From contig NC_008818.1 in assembly GCF_000015145.1 (NCBI RefSeq), positions 1,560,001-1,592,000 of the forward strand: 32,000 bases of DNA, given 5' to 3'. The notes beneath the pieces are model-generated. The model was given only the letters and a program-made list of their open reading frames with translations. It did not search any database and had not been told where the DNA came from. Source of the stretch: Hyperthermus butylicus DSM 5456. GTDB lineage: Archaea > Thermoproteota > Thermoprotei_A > Sulfolobales > Pyrodictiaceae. Shown in pieces: positions 17,426 through 32,000 of this stretch (position 1 is its first letter; each line of letters begins with the position of its first letter). Made by a program: the position numbers and the translations under genes.

Positions 17426-19375
17426 TTGTATAAGCGTAATGAGTTGAAGAAGATAGCATTGACAATAATGGAGCAACTTACACCCAAGTACATACAAGTT
17501 TCGAGAATAGAGTTTGAAGGACCCGAAATAGCAATCTATGTCAGAAACCCGAAGGCGCTAGCAGAGCATCCCGAGGTTGCAAAGGAGATAGCTAAGAAGC
17601 TAAAGAAGAGGATAGTAATAAGGACAGATCCCTCTGTCCGGAGGAGCGAGAAGGAGACAATAGAGGTTATCAAGAACCTTGTTCCGCCCGAAGCCGGCAT
17701 AAAGGAGATAAAGTTTGATCACGTACTCGGTGAGGTCATAATTAAGGCTGAAAAGGTTGGTCTAGTATATGGCAAGGGCCAATCAATATATAATAAAGTA
17801 CTCGCCGAGACAGGCTGGCGCATGAACGTTGTAAGAATACCGCCAGTAGACCCTAAAGATTTAAGCACACTCAACAAAATCATAGATTACATGTTGTCCC
17901 AGAGTAGCTATCGTCTAGAGTTTCTCCGCAGCAGCGGCGAGAGAATACACCGTGGTGTAATCTTCGAAAACCGCTATGTAAGGATAACAGCTCTTGGTGG
18001 CTTCATGGAGGTGGGCCGCTCAGCAATACTCATAGAGACCAGCGAGAGCAAGATCCTCCTGGACGTTGGCATAAACCCGAGTGGCATCGGCTACAACCTA
18101 TACCCCCGTCTGGACATAGACCAACTCAACCTCGAGGAACTAGATGCCGTTGTGGTTACACACGCGCATCTAGACCACATAGGCCTCGTACCTTACCTGT
18201 TCAAGTATGGTTACCGGGGTCCTGTCTACGCGACAAAGCCCACCCGAGACCTAATGGTTCTACTACTCCTAGACCTTCTCGACATAATGCAGCGTAGCGG
18301 CCAGAAGCCGCCCTACACGCAACAAGAAGTTAAGAAGATGATACTACACACCATACCCCTCGACTACGGCGAGGTCACCGACATAGCTCCAGATATGAAG
18401 CTAACCTTCTACAATGCAGGCCACATACTAGGCTCAGCAATAGCACACATCCACATAGGCGAAGGCCTACACAACATAGTCTATACAGGCGACTTCAAGT
18501 TTGGCCGCACAAGACTCCTAGATAAAGCCCATACAGAGTTCCCGAGAGTCGAGACACTCATCATGGAGAGTACTTATGGCGACCGCGACCAGCCACGCAG
18601 GGATGAGGCAGAACTAGAACTCATAAGCGTTATAAGTAAAACCATAGCTCGTAGGGGCAAGGTGCTAATCCCAGTCATGGCTGTTGGAAGGGCACAAGAA
18701 ATACTCTTAGTGCTCGTTGATGCTCTTAGGAAGAAATTGTTACCACCAGAAACAAAGATCTACATTGACGGCAGCATAAAGGAGGTAACAGCTATCCACC
18801 TAACCTACCCAGAACTCCTCTCAGCACAAGTTAGGGCAAGGATACTGCGCGGCGAAAATCCGTTCGACCACGAGAACATAGTACGGGTGGAAGGTAGACA
18901 GATGAGGGAAGACATAGCAAAGAGCGACGAGCCTGGAGTAATACTGGCAACAGCAGGTATGCTGACTGGTGGCCCCTCGGTAGAGTACTTGCGCCTATTA
19001 GCACCAGATCCACGTAACGTACTGGTATTTGTTAGCTACCAGGCTAAGGGTACGCTGGGTAGGCGTATACTTGACGGCGAACGCGAAATAACAATGGTTG
19101 ACGAGGAGGGCAAGCCACAGCTCGTGAGAATACAGATGGAGGTAAAGTCTATAGATGGGTTCTCTGGCCACTCAGACCGCCGTCAGCTCCTAGCATTCCT
19201 GGCCAATATGAAGCCTAAGCCAAAGAACATAATACTGAACCATGGCGAACCTCAGTCAATCCACGCGCTTGCAGAGACTATTAGGCGTAGAGCCCGCCAT
19301 CTAGGTCTTCCCGAAGACATCAGAGTCTACACACCAACGATACTTGACACCCTCCATATTGCCGGTGTAGCCTAG
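17426..19375 (+). CDS. fttA: aCPSF1/FttA: KH-domain beta-CASP metallo-beta-lactamase ribonuclease, transcription termination factor
   Basis: 649 aa; N-terminal KH domains (VGLVYGKGQSIYNKV), VVTHAHLDHIG, AGHILGSAIAHI, YTGDFKFG, ESTYGDRD, GFSGHSDR. TTG start preceded by ggaggtg. Confidence 0.95.
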   Translation: MYKRNELKKIALTIMEQLTPKYIQVSRIEFEGPEIAIYVRNPKALAEHPEVAKEIAKKLKKRIVIRTDPSVRRSEKETIEVIKNLVPPEAGIKEIKFDHVLGEVIIKAEKVGLVYGKGQSIYNKVLAETGWRMNVVRIPPVDPKDLSTLNKIIDYMLSQSSYRLEFLRSSGERIHRGVIFENRYVRITALGGFMEVGRSAILIETSESKILLDVGINPSGIGYNLYPRLDIDQLNLEELDAVVVTHAHLDHIGLVPYLFKYGYRGPVYATKPTRDLMVLLLLDLLDIMQRSGQKPPYTQQEVKKMILHTIPLDYGEVTDIAPDMKLTFYNAGHILGSAIAHIHIGEGLHNIVYTGDFKFGRTRLLDKAHTEFPRVETLIMESTYGDRDQPRRDEAELELISVISKTIARRGKVLIPVMAVGRAQEILLVLVDALRKKLLPPETKIYIDGSIKEVTAIHLTYPELLSAQVRARILRGENPFDHENIVRVEGRQMREDIAKSDEPGVILATAGMLTGGPSVEYLRLLAPDPRNVLVFVSYQAKGTLGRRILDGEREITMVDEEGKPQLVRIQMEVKSIDGFSGHSDRRQLLAFLANMKPKPKNIILNHGEPQSIHALAETIRRRARHLGLPEDIRVYTPTILDTLHIAGVA

Positions 19376-19378
19376 TAC

Positions 19379-19870
19379 TCATAGCCTCTCAGCTATTTTC
19401 CAGTACCTGTCACCCACGTAGTGGAGCCTTCTCGAAACCCTGCCCTTCTCCATACCAGGAATATCCTTGCTAGAGATTAGAGCCTCATGTACAGCTAGGG
19501 GTAACCTACGGCTAGGCTCCACAATAACCACAATGTCGCCTGGCGAAAACTCCCCCACGACCTCGACAATACCCGGCCTCATGAGGTCTGCACCTCTAGA
19601 AATCGGCTTGACAGCACCCTCATCCACTACTATGTATGGGAGCCAGCTATAGCCGCGGCGCAGCAGGTATAGCAGGTGTGGCACAAACCTCTCACCAGCC
19701 TCTATGAATGCTGGGAGACTATCAACAATATACATCTCAACATCATCCTCTACGAGCTTCTCTATCCTAGCATCGCGTAGCTCGCCCACGCTTAGTCCTG
19801 GATAAGTCTCTGCAAGCTTCTCAAGTAGACGCTTCTTATCCCTCTTTGATAGCTGCCATCGCCTCAACAA
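19379..19870 (-). CDS. PUA-domain (DUF1947/MCT-1-like) RNA-binding protein
   Basis: MYIVDSLPAFIEAGERFVPHLLYLLRRGYSWLPYIVVDEGAVKPISRGADLMRPGIVE...FSPGDIVVIVE, typical PUA. Confidence 0.85.
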   Translation of the reverse strand: MLRRWQLSKRDKKRLLEKLAETYPGLSVGELRDARIEKLVEDDVEMYIVDSLPAFIEAGERFVPHLLYLLRRGYSWLPYIVVDEGAVKPISRGADLMRPGIVEVVGEFSPGDIVVIVEPSRRLPLAVHEALISSKDIPGMEKGRVSRRLHYVGDRYWKIAERL

Positions 19871-19946
19871 CCATCAACCCGGTATGAGGGGCTAGGAGAA
19901 TCTCCTATAAAGCCCCTGGGGGATAGGGCCTCGCGGGGTGCGCGGA

Positions 19947-20180
19947 ATGGCTGAGACAACACACCGTATACTCGGCGACAGTATTGGGAGTATAGTCCTC
20001 GTAAAGCTCAAGGGTGCAAACGAAGTTCGCGGAAGACTGAAGAGCTACGATCAGCACCTTAACCTGGTCCTCGAGGATGCCGAAGAGATATACGAGGATG
20101 GCCGCACAAGAAAGCTCGGCACAATAGTTATTCGCGGCGACACAGTGCTCCTCATATCGCCAGCACAAATCCAGAGCTAA
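19947..20180 (+). CDS. LSm (Sm-like archaeal) protein
   Basis: [32 protein letters not shown]...[13 protein letters not shown], Sm1/Sm2 motifs. Start set at ATG in MAETTHRIL; the track starts at GTG 19938. Confidence 0.93.
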   Translation: MAETTHRILGDSIGSIVLVKLKGANEVRGRLKSYDQHLNLVLEDAEEIYEDGRTRKLGTIVIRGDTVLLISPAQIQS

Positions 20181-20237
20181 GTAGAGCACAAGAGATATAC
20201 GCTAACAAGCACACCGGGCTGGAGGGGGGAATACTCC

Positions 20238-20426
20238 TTGGGTAAGGGTACACCATCCTTCGGCAAGATGAACAAAAACTATACCCATATACGTTGCCCG
20301 CGTTGCGGCCGCCACGCATACAATGTTGCCAAGGGCTATTGTGCTGCATGCGGCTATGGTAGGAGTAGGAGGCTACGCCGCTACTCCTGGATGAACAAGA
20401 AGGTAAACCGTATACGCATAAGGTAG
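20238..20426 (+). CDS. rpl37e: 50S ribosomal protein L37e
   Basis: [51 protein letters not shown], zinc ribbon. Confidence 0.96.
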
Positions 20427-20472
20427 CCCTCCCTTATACACTGACACCGTACTTATTTAGGGGGCTCAGTAC

Positions 20473-20724
20473 ATGGCCCGGCAGAAGAAGAAGTTCAACA
20501 TTCTAGAGCATGAACTCGTACCCAAGCACGAGGTTGTACCACCAGAGGAGGCAGCACGCATTATCCGAGAGCTTGGCGTACGTCCAGAGCAGCTCCCCTG
20601 GCTACGGGCTACAGACCCCGTAGCCAGGGCTATCGGTGCAAAGCCTGGGGACATTGTCCGCATTTACCGTAAAAGCCCGACAGCGGGTGAGGTAGTAGTC
20701 TACCGCTACGTTGTCGGCTACTAG
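20473..20724 (+). CDS. rpoH: DNA-directed RNA polymerase subunit H (Rpb5 C-terminal homolog)
   Basis: [74 protein letters not shown]. Confidence 0.96.
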
Positions 20725-20745
20725 GAATGAGGGGGTGAGGAAGGG

Positions 20746-23700
20746 TTGAGCCAGCAACAGTTTCCAACAATGGACGACCGCTGGCTTGTAATGAAGGCGT
20801 TTATAGAAGAGTATGGTCTGGTTAAGCAACATATAGATTCCTATAACAGATTCATAGAGAAGGAGCTGAAGGAAATAGTTAAGGAGTTCGGCACCATTTC
20901 AACGCCAAGGAGAGAGTACGAGGTAAGAATAGTTGATGTAGAGCTTGGTGAGCCTATAGTCATAGAGAGCGATGGTAGCGAGCACCCGGTAACACCCATG
21001 GAGTGCAGGATTAGGGATCTCACCTATGCTGCGCCGATAAAGGCTAAGGTAGTAATAGTAGAGAACGGCATCGAGCGCGAGGCTGAAGAAATTATCCTCG
21101 GTTTCCTACCCGTAATGCTTCGCTCAAAGGCTGACCCACTGGCCCGCTGCATGTACGAAGGCAAATCCTGGAAGGAGTGCGAGCAGAAGCTCATAGAGGC
21201 TGGCGAGGATCCGCGCGACCCCGGCGGCTACTTCATCATCAATGGATCGGAACGTGTGATAGTGATACAGGAGGATCAGGCTCTCAACAGGATACTCGTG
21301 GGCAAGGCTAGAGCTGGCACAGCGAGCGCCCTCTACACGGCCAAGGTCATATCAGCTCATGCTGGCGTACGATACCAAGTTATACTAGACTACCATAAGG
21401 ATGGAACTCTACATGTTTCGATGAGTAGAGCTCTCAGTAAGATACCCTTCGTAATACTGATGCGGGCTCTCGGCCTAGAAAGCGACCGTGATATCGTTCT
21501 CGCTGTTAGCCCTGACCCGCAGATACAGCAAATGCTAATACCATCCCTGGAGCAAGCTAGGGCCATAAACACTGTTGAGGACGCTCTGGACTACGTGGGT
21601 AGCAGGTTCCGCGAAGGCCTCGCCAAGCCACGTGAGCAGCGTATCCGTGTTGCAGAGAGGATACTAGACACAATACTATTCCCACACATCGGCACAAGCC
21701 CGAAGGATAGGATTAGGAAAGCCCTATTCCTCGGACAGATGGCGGCCAAACTGTTAGAGTACGTTGCTGGCCGCAGAAAGGAGGACGACAAGGACCATTA
21801 TGCAAACAAGCGTGTACTACTGGCAGGCGACCTCATAGCAATGGTGTTTAGAATCGCGATGAGGGCACTAGCCTACGACATAAGACAGCAGCTAGAGAAG
21901 CTACGCGCAAGAGGCCGTCACATAAGTCTCCGGATGATCATACGTTCAGACATAATTACAAACAGGCTACGCGAAGCACTAGCCACCGGCAACTGGCCAG
22001 GGCAGAGGACCGGTGTAAGCCAGATACTCGACCGTACCAACTGGCTATCAATGCTCAGCCACCTACGTAGAGTAGTCTCCCAGCTCAGCAGGACACAGCC
22101 ACACTTCGAGGCACGCGACGTGCACGGCACACAGTGGGGCCGGATATGCCCATTCGAGACACCCGAAGGCCCCAACTGTGGCCTAGTAAAGAACCTTGCT
22201 CTCATGGCTTATGTGTCCGCCGGAGTCGACGACAAGGATGTTGAGAAGCTCCTCTACAGCATGGGCGTCAGGGATGCCGTGGAACTCTTCGAGGAGGTAC
22301 GCAAACAAGGATACTACCCGCCAGAATACATCAAGTGGAGCAAGGTGTTCCTCAACGGCAGACTGATAGGCTACCACCCAGACGGGGAGAAGCTTGCAGA
22401 GGAGCTTAGGAAGCTGAGAAGGAGCGGCAAGCTACACTACGAGGTTAGTGTCTCCGTCTACAGAACTGAAACCATCAACGAGGTCTACATAAACACCGAT
22501 CCAGGCAGGATAATGAGGCCGGTATTCGTAGTCGAGAGCGGCAAGCTCCTCTACAGACCAGAGCACGCAGAAAAGCTCAGGAAGGGAGAGTGGAGGTTTA
22601 GCGACCTGGTGCGCAACGGTATCGTAGAGTTCCTCGACGCCGAGGAGGAGGAGAACACCTACATAGCCCTTAACCCTGAAGACTTAACGCCAGAGCATAC
22701 CCACATGGAGATATGGCCCGCGGGTATCTTCGGCGTAACAGCGAGTACAATACCCTACGCTGAGCATAACCAGTCGCCACGCAACACCTACCAGGCTGCA
22801 ATGGCTAAGCAGGCCCTTGGCCTCTACGCTGCAAACTTCCAGATACGTGTTGATACGCGCTCACACCTACTACACTACCCCGAGAAGCCGCTAGTGCAGA
22901 CTAGGGCACTCGAGCTAATGGGCTACAACGATCGGCCTGCCGGTCAGAACATGGTTGTCGCTGTAATGTCGTTTACCGGCTACAATATCGAGGACGCAGT
23001 AATAATGAATAAGTCTTCGATAGATCGCGGCCTCGCACGCTCAACGTTCTTCAGGCTATACGCCACGGAGGAGAGGAGGTATCCTGGCGGCTTAAGCGAC
23101 AAGATCGAGATACCGGAGGCAAACGTTGAGGGCTCTAAGCCGCCGGAAATGTACAAGAAGCTCGACGCTGATGGCATTATAAGCCCAGAGGTCGAGGTTA
23201 AGGGCGGCGAGGTGCTGATAGGCAAGACGAGCCCACCGAGATTCATGGAGGAGTACCGCGAGTTCGGCACTGTGACCGTGAGAAAGAGAGATACTTCAGT
23301 AACGATGAGGCACGGCGAGAAGGGTGTAGTAGATACTGTCATAATAACGGAGAATATTGAGGGCTATAAACTGGTAAAGGTTAGGGTGAGGGACCAGCGC
23401 ATCCCAGAGCTAGGTGACAAGTTCGCCTCGAGACACGGGCAGAAGGGCGTAATCGGCATGCTAATACCACAGTACGACATGCCATTCACGGAGGACGGTA
23501 TAACACCAGACCTAATAATCAACCCACATGCATTCCCATCTCGTATGACCCTTGGCCAACTATTCGAGACTATAGCGGGCAAATACGCCGCCATTTACGC
23601 GAGATTCGTTGACGGCACTCCATTCGCCAAGGAGTCGATCGAAAACCTCCGCATAGAGCTGCTGAAAACAGGCTATGCGCCCGACGGCACCGAGATAATG

Positions 23701-24162
23701 TATGACGGACGTACAGGCGAGATGATAAGGACACCTATACTGATAGGCCTTGTGTACTACCAGAAGCTGCACCACATGGTTGCAGACAAGATACATGCAA
23801 GGGCACGCGGCCCAGTCCAGGTGTTGACGAGACAGCCCACTGAGGGTCGTGCAAGAGAGGGAGGTCTACGCTTTGGCGAGATGGAGCGCGACTGCCTCGT
23901 AGGCCATGGCGCAGCTATGCTGCTAAGGGAGCGTATGCTGGAGAGCAGCGACCGCTACGTGCTATACGTGTGCGAACTGTGTGGCCACATAGCATGGTTT
24001 GACCGCAACAAACGCGGATACATATGCCCAGTTCACGGCGATAAGGGCAAGATAGCGGCTGTGATCGTACCCTACGCGTTCAAGCTGCTACTTCAGGAGC
24101 TTATGAGCATGTGTATCATGCCCAGGCTCAAACTCGCATCAAAGCACGAGTGGAAGCCGTGA
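20746..24162 (+). CDS. rpoB: DNA-directed RNA polymerase subunit B (unsplit), no intein apparent
   Basis: 1138 aa; QEDQALNR-like segment, SQLSRTQPHFEARDVHGTQWGRICPFETPEGPNCGLVKNLA, GYNIEDAVIMNKSS, KFASRHGQKGVIG, GGLRFGEMERDCLVGHGA. Confidence 0.98.
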   Translation: MSQQQFPTMDDRWLVMKAFIEEYGLVKQHIDSYNRFIEKELKEIVKEFGTISTPRREYEVRIVDVELGEPIVIESDGSEHPVTPMECRIRDLTYAAPIKAKVVIVENGIEREAEEIILGFLPVMLRSKADPLARCMYEGKSWKECEQKLIEAGEDPRDPGGYFIINGSERVIVIQEDQALNRILVGKARAGTASALYTAKVISAHAGVRYQVILDYHKDGTLHVSMSRALSKIPFVILMRALGLESDRDIVLAVSPDPQIQQMLIPSLEQARAINTVEDALDYVGSRFREGLAKPREQRIRVAERILDTILFPHIGTSPKDRIRKALFLGQMAAKLLEYVAGRRKEDDKDHYANKRVLLAGDLIAMVFRIAMRALAYDIRQQLEKLRARGRHISLRMIIRSDIITNRLREALATGNWPGQRTGVSQILDRTNWLSMLSHLRRVVSQLSRTQPHFEARDVHGTQWGRICPFETPEGPNCGLVKNLALMAYVSAGVDDKDVEKLLYSMGVRDAVELFEEVRKQGYYPPEYIKWSKVFLNGRLIGYHPDGEKLAEELRKLRRSGKLHYEVSVSVYRTETINEVYINTDPGRIMRPVFVVESGKLLYRPEHAEKLRKGEWRFSDLVRNGIVEFLDAEEEENTYIALNPEDLTPEHTHMEIWPAGIFGVTASTIPYAEHNQSPRNTYQAAMAKQALGLYAANFQIRVDTRSHLLHYPEKPLVQTRALELMGYNDRPAGQNMVVAVMSFTGYNIEDAVIMNKSSIDRGLARSTFFRLYATEERRYPGGLSDKIEIPEANVEGSKPPEMYKKLDADGIISPEVEVKGGEVLIGKTSPPRFMEEYREFGTVTVRKRDTSVTMRHGEKGVVDTVIITENIEGYKLVKVRVRDQRIPELGDKFASRHGQKGVIGMLIPQYDMPFTEDGITPDLIINPHAFPSRMTLGQLFETIAGKYAAIYARFVDGTPFAKESIENLRIELLKTGYAPDGTEIMYDGRTGEMIRTPILIGLVYYQKLHHMVADKIHARARGPVQVLTRQPTEGRAREGGLRFGEMERDCLVGHGAAMLLRERMLESSDRYVLYVCELCGHIAWFDRNKRGYICPVHGDKGKIAAVIVPYAFKLLLQELMSMCIMPRLKLASKHEWKP

Positions 24163-24187
24163 ACAACCCCTCTCAAGGTGAGAGATC

Positions 24188-28112
<3,925 letters not shown>

Positions 28113-28118
28113 GCCGTT

Positions 28119-28457
28119 ATGAGTCAGGTTCAGGTTACGGATATCGAAAAGGAGCTTGTCAACGCCCTCAAAACAGGCAAGGTCATACTCGGCTCCCGGA
28201 AAACGCTCAAGTACGTAAAACTTGGCAAGGCTAAGGCAGTAATTGTTGCTGCTAACGCCCCGCCAGAGATACGCAACGACATCCTATACTACGCTAAGCT
28301 AAGTGGAATCCCAGTCTACGTCTACCCGGGTACAAGTGTTGAGCTTGGCTCTGTTTGTGGTAAACCATTTACAGTTGCAAGCCTCGCAATACTCGACCCA
28401 GGAAACTCTCGTATACTCGACCTCATAGAAGCCGCATCACAGACAAGTAGCGGGTGA
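28119..28457 (+). CDS. rpl30e: 50S ribosomal protein L30e
   Basis: [72 protein letters not shown]; conserved position downstream of rpoA2. Confidence 0.96.
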   Translation: MSQVQVTDIEKELVNALKTGKVILGSRKTLKYVKLGKAKAVIVAANAPPEIRNDILYYAKLSGIPVYVYPGTSVELGSVCGKPFTVASLAILDPGNSRILDLIEAASQTSSG

Positions 28458-28475
28458 AGGGGGAGAGGCTGAGCC

Positions 28476-28907
28476 TTGGCGAATATCAAGCTAACAGTTG
28501 AAGAAATGAAGTACATGGCACTACTTCAGGATCTAACCGGCGCAGTAGCCAGGGACTGCATCATAGATAACGAGAACAATCGCATAATCTTCATAGTGAG
28601 GCCGGGCGATGCTGGCAAGGCCATAGGACGCCGCGGAGCAAACATAAACAAGTTGAGGAGGCTGCTCGGCAAGGAGATTGAGGTTATAGAGCACGCAGAC
28701 GACCTTGAAGCTATGGTTAAGAATATCTTTGCTCCTGCACGTGTCCTCGGGATAAGGCTTGCACAGCGGAATGGCAGGAAGATACTATACGTCACCGTAG
28801 ACCCCAACGATAAGGGCAGAGCTATCGGTAAGGGCGGCAGAAAGGTCAACATTGCGAGGCTTGTGCTCAAGCGCTACTTCGACATAGATGACATAAAGAT
28901 AAGGTAA
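28476..28907 (+). CDS. nusA: NusA-like KH-domain transcription termination/antitermination factor (short archaeal form)
   Basis: Two KH motifs (AGKAIGRRGANINKL, KGRAIGKGGRKVNIARL), TTG start. Confidence 0.93.
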   Translation: MANIKLTVEEMKYMALLQDLTGAVARDCIIDNENNRIIFIVRPGDAGKAIGRRGANINKLRRLLGKEIEVIEHADDLEAMVKNIFAPARVLGIRLAQRNGRKILYVTVDPNDKGRAIGKGGRKVNIARLVLKRYFDIDDIKIR

Positions 28908-28962
28908 GCTTGAAAAGGGCTAGGCTGGAGCCCCAGCGATAATATGTGGAGGCCGGTACGCC

Positions 28963-29406
28963 GTGACGGGTAAGAAATCGCCTAACGGCCTATTCGCGGC
29001 GAGAAAGCTTAGGAGGAAGAGGTTAAAGTTCCGCTGGAGCGAGCGCGAGTTCAAGATAAGAATGCTCGGCCTAAAGAAGAAGTATGATCCACTCGAAGGG
29101 GCACCCATGGCTAGAGGCATAGTACTAGAGAAGGTTGGCGTTGAAGCACGTCAGCCAAACTCCGCCGTACGTAAGTGTGTACGTGTACAGCTAATCAAGA
29201 ATGGCCGCATAGTCACAGCATTTGTTCCGGGCGACGGTGGCCTACTAGTAGTTGACGAGCATGACGAAGTGTTAATTGAGGGTATTGGTGGTCCACGCGG
29301 CCGCTCAATGGGTGACATACCTGGCGTACGCTATAGGGTTGTAACCGTTAACGGTGTATCGCTAAGAGCTATCCTTGAGGGGAGAAAGCAAAAACCACAG
29401 CGCTAG
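28963..29406 (+). CDS. rps12: 30S ribosomal protein S12
   Basis: [41 protein letters not shown]...[15 protein letters not shown]; GTG start. Confidence 0.97.
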   Translation: MTGKKSPNGLFAARKLRRKRLKFRWSEREFKIRMLGLKKKYDPLEGAPMARGIVLEKVGVEARQPNSAVRKCVRVQLIKNGRIVTAFVPGDGGLLVVDEHDEVLIEGIGGPRGRSMGDIPGVRYRVVTVNGVSLRAILEGRKQKPQR

Positions 29407-29473
29407 CCGTCAAACTAAAACATTAGGGACTATTTCCAGATACACCGGTTTAGGAGTCATCGTGTAGCTTGCG

Positions 29474-29965
29474 TTACTCTTGCTGCTCCTCGCTCTCCTC
29501 ACGCATCATCCTCTCGTACTCCTCCTGCTCATCCACGAGCCTCTTAGACACGTATATCGGCTTGTTGAATAGTAGAGCTAGGAACACAGCATGGCTGGGA
29601 ACCATCCGGCGCATCATGTATATACCTTCCTGGAGTATGAAGCTTACCTTGGCAGTGTAGAGCGCCGTGGCATAGTCTATCTCGTCTATAACCACGTACT
29701 CGAGACGCTTGCCGAGCTCGCTCACTAGCTCACGGAGATCTACAAGTAGCTCGAAGACTGTTTCGCGCTCACCAGGAGTCGTAAGCTCCTCGTGCTGCAG
29801 CTTGTTTATAGCCTGCACAATCTCGAAGGGCACATTGTAGAGTGTAAACTCGCGACCATCCTCGAGCTCAAGAACTATCACAGGTATATGCGGAGGGCTG
29901 GGCATTATCATCGCATTTATACTGCGAGCTTGTAAGAGGACATCACTGCCCCGTGGAGGAGGCAT
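29474..29965 (-). CDS. DUF151 / bifunctional-nuclease-domain-like protein
   Basis: IPVIVLELEDGREFTLYNVPFEIVQAINKL...VFELLVDL...YTAKVSF...RRMVPSHAVFLALLFNKPIYVSKRLVDE, matching the BFN/DUF151 pattern of S/D-x-A-Lxx-P-Ix-V. Confidence 0.7.
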   Translation of the reverse strand: MPPPRGSDVLLQARSINAMIMPSPPHIPVIVLELEDGREFTLYNVPFEIVQAINKLQHEELTTPGERETVFELLVDLRELVSELGKRLEYVVIDEIDYATALYTAKVSFILQEGIYMMRRMVPSHAVFLALLFNKPIYVSKRLVDEQEEYERMMREESEEQQE

Positions 29966-30108
29966 AGGCTCTTCCCCGTAGCTCTCCCTGTCACGGACTA
30001 GGATTCAGCCACGCATACCCGTATCTACCTATCGGAGGCCTCAGAGCCCGTTAGAGTGGAGCCTTAATTACCCGGTGCTGTAAAGGCTCCGGGTGCGTGG
30101 GGGGCTGT

Positions 30109-30717
30109 ATGGCTGCTACAGAGCAAAGCGAGGTTAAGGTTGGCATAGACCCCGCCGAGATAAAGCTCTTCGGAAAGTGGAGCTTTGAGGGCGTAGAGAT
30201 TAGAGACCCCAGCCTTAAGAGGTACATAAGCCTCAAGCCTGTCTGGCTCCCCCACACGGGTGGCCGACACGAGCACCGCCGCTTTGGCAAGGCCGAGGTA
30301 CCCATTGTTGAGAGGCTAATAAACAAGCTGATGAGACCCGGCAGGAATATGGGTAAGAAGCATCTAGCATACAATATAGTCAAGCAGGCCTTCGAGATCA
30401 TATACCTGCGGACAGGCGAGAACCCAATCCAGGTACTGGTACGCGCTATAGAAAATGCCGCACCACGCGAAGACGTTACAAGGATCATGTATGGTGGTAT
30501 AACCTACTTCGTCGCTGTAGACGTGTCGCCACAGCACCGAGTTGATGTCGCCCTCAAACACCTCACAGAAGGAGCTAGGATGTGCGCCTTCAACAATCCA
30601 AAATCTATAGAGGAGTGCCTAGCTGAGGAGATAATAGCTGCAGCCCAGGGCGACACAAAGAGCTACGCTATAAGGAAGAAGGAGGAAATCGAGCGTATCG
30701 CTCTCAGCTCAAGATAG
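30109..30717 (+). CDS. rps7: 30S ribosomal protein S7
   Basis: [32 protein letters not shown]...[22 protein letters not shown]...[20 protein letters not shown]; likely ATG start at 30109 (track 30097). Confidence 0.96.
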   Translation: MAATEQSEVKVGIDPAEIKLFGKWSFEGVEIRDPSLKRYISLKPVWLPHTGGRHEHRRFGKAEVPIVERLINKLMRPGRNMGKKHLAYNIVKQAFEIIYLRTGENPIQVLVRAIENAAPREDVTRIMYGGITYFVAVDVSPQHRVDVALKHLTEGARMCAFNNPKSIEECLAEEIIAAAQGDTKSYAIRKKEEIERIALSSR

Positions 30718-30783
30718 CCCCTTTTATGGCTGCTACCCCATTATTTCTTGGCTGTCTTACTGGCTCGGAGCTACACTTATCCT

Positions 30784-30796
30784 AAATATTTATAAG
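30784..30796 (+). promoter_or_regulatory. Candidate archaeal TATA box for EF-1alpha
   Basis: aaatatttataag about 60 bp upstream of the ATG at 30853. Confidence 0.5.
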
Positions 30797-30852
30797 ACTC
30801 TCTTCACCTATGTCAGCCTTCCGGCGTGGAGTGAAGGTAGCGGGTGCGGATT

Positions 30853-32000
30853 ATGAGCCAGCAGAAGCCACACATAAACCTGGTAGTCATAGGTCACGTA
30901 GACCACGGTAAGAGCACGCTGGTAGGCCACCTACTATACCGACTAGGCTTCGTCGATGAGAAGACGATAAAGATGCTAGAGGAAGAGGCTAAGAAGAAGG
31001 GTAAGGAGTCCTTCAAGTACGCATGGCTTCTAGACAGGCTAAAGGAGGAGAGAGAGCGCGGCGTAACCATTGACCTAACCTTCGTAAAGTTCGAGACAAA
31101 GAAGTACTACTTCACTATCATCGACGCGCCAGGTCACAGAGACTTCGTAAAGAACATGATCACCGGTGCCAGCCAGGCCGACGCTGCCATACTAGTAGTA
31201 TCGGCGAGGAGGGGTGAGTTCGAGGCCGGTATGAGCGCAGAGGGTCAGACACGTGAGCACCTAATTCTAGCAAAGACTATGGGTATTGACCAGCTAATCG
31301 TTGCTGTAAACAAGATGGATGCAACCGAGCCTCCATACAGCAAGCAGAGGTACGAGCAGATCGTAGCATTCCTCAAGAAGTTCATGAAGAGCCTAGGCTA
31401 CAAGGTAGACCAGATACCATTCATACCAGTATCTGCATGGACTGGCGAGAACCTAATCGAGCGGAGCCCCAACATGCCATGGTACAATGGTCCAACCCTA
31501 GTAGAGGCCCTTGACACCTACATACAGCCACCAAAGAAGCCTGTAGACAAGCCGCTAAGGATACCAATACAGAACGTCTACTCGATCCCAGGCGTTGGCA
31601 CTGTACCAGTAGGCAGAGTAGAGACTGGCGTGCTAAAGGTAGGTGACAAGGTCGTCTTCATGCCACCGGGTGTGGTCGGCGAGGTTAGGAGCATCGAGAT
31701 GCACCACCAGCCATTACAGCAGGCCGAGCCCGGCGACAACATCGGCTTCAACGTACGTGGCATATCCAAGAAGGACATTAGGCGTGGCGACGTAGCTGGC
31801 CACGTAGACAAGCCACCAACAGTTGCTGAGGAGTTTACAGCAAGGATCTTCGTCATCTGGCACCCAAGCGCCATCACCGTCGGCTACACACCAGTAATAC
31901 ACGCACACACCGCCAGCATTGCCGCCAGGATAACTGAGATACAGGCTAAGCTAGACCCGAGAACCGGCCAGGTAATTGAGAAGAACCCACAGTTCCTAAA
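30853..32000 (+). CDS. tuf: Translation elongation factor 1-alpha (3' end truncated by the window)
   Basis: Own translation: [39 protein letters not shown]...[28 protein letters not shown]...[10 protein letters not shown]...; open to the window end. Not in the supplied track. Confidence 0.98.
   Translation, partial: MSQQKPHINLVVIGHVDHGKSTLVGHLLYRLGFVDEKTIKMLEEEAKKKGKESFKYAWLLDRLKEERERGVTIDLTFVKFETKKYYFTIIDAPGHRDFVKNMITGASQADAAILVVSARRGEFEAGMSAEGQTREHLILAKTMGIDQLIVAVNKMDATEPPYSKQRYEQIVAFLKKFMKSLGYKVDQIPFIPVSAWTGENLIERSPNMPWYNGPTLVEALDTYIQPPKKPVDKPLRIPIQNVYSIPGVGTVPVGRVETGVLKVGDKVVFMPPGVVGEVRSIEMHHQPLQQAEPGDNIGFNVRGISKKDIRRGDVAGHVDKPPTVAEEFTARIFVIWHPSAITVGYTPVIHAHTASIAARITEIQAKLDPRTGQVIEKNPQFL

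Noticed and set aside
30051-30488. 145-aa minus ORF opposite rps7
   Set aside because: Antisense to S7, no recognisable motifs.

Overview
This is an ordinary, gene-dense crenarchaeal core-genome window. The best guess is Desulfurococcales/Pyrodictiaceae-like; that placement is inferred from protein style and gene order, not from a search. The right half carries the RNA polymerase/translation cluster on the + strand: aCPSF1/FttA ribonuclease, LSm, L37e, RpoH, RpoB, RpoA', RpoA'', L30e, NusA-like KH protein, S12, S7 and EF-1alpha (truncated by the window end). Two minus-strand genes interrupt it: a PUA-domain protein, and a DUF151/bifunctional-nuclease-like gene between S12 and S7. The left half contains a partial HARP-type (RNA ligase partner/protein-only RNase P family) PIN protein, an Rnl3-type RNA ligase, a small opposite-strand membrane-protein pair, YbjQ-like and DUF4258-like small proteins, an aldehyde:ferredoxin oxidoreductase, a DUF457-type membrane protein, an SDR oxidoreductase, a multiply frameshifted sulfide:quinone-oxidoreductase-like pseudogene, FKBP isomerase, a NIP7-like PUA protein plus a Nop2/RsmB methyltransferase, NMN adenylyltransferase, RtcA, a NOG1/OBG-type GTPase, a divergent short TFIIB-like protein, two proteasome beta subunits (one lacking the catalytic Thr), endonuclease V and glycerol-1-phosphate dehydrogenase. 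I found no CRISPR array, tRNA, rRNA, transposon or defence island. I see no convincing wholly new system. The most useful leads are the TFIIB-like protein, the HARP/Rnl3 neighbourhood with its membrane-protein insertion, the catalytically altered beta subunit, the S12/S7 operon interruption and the decayed SQR gene.
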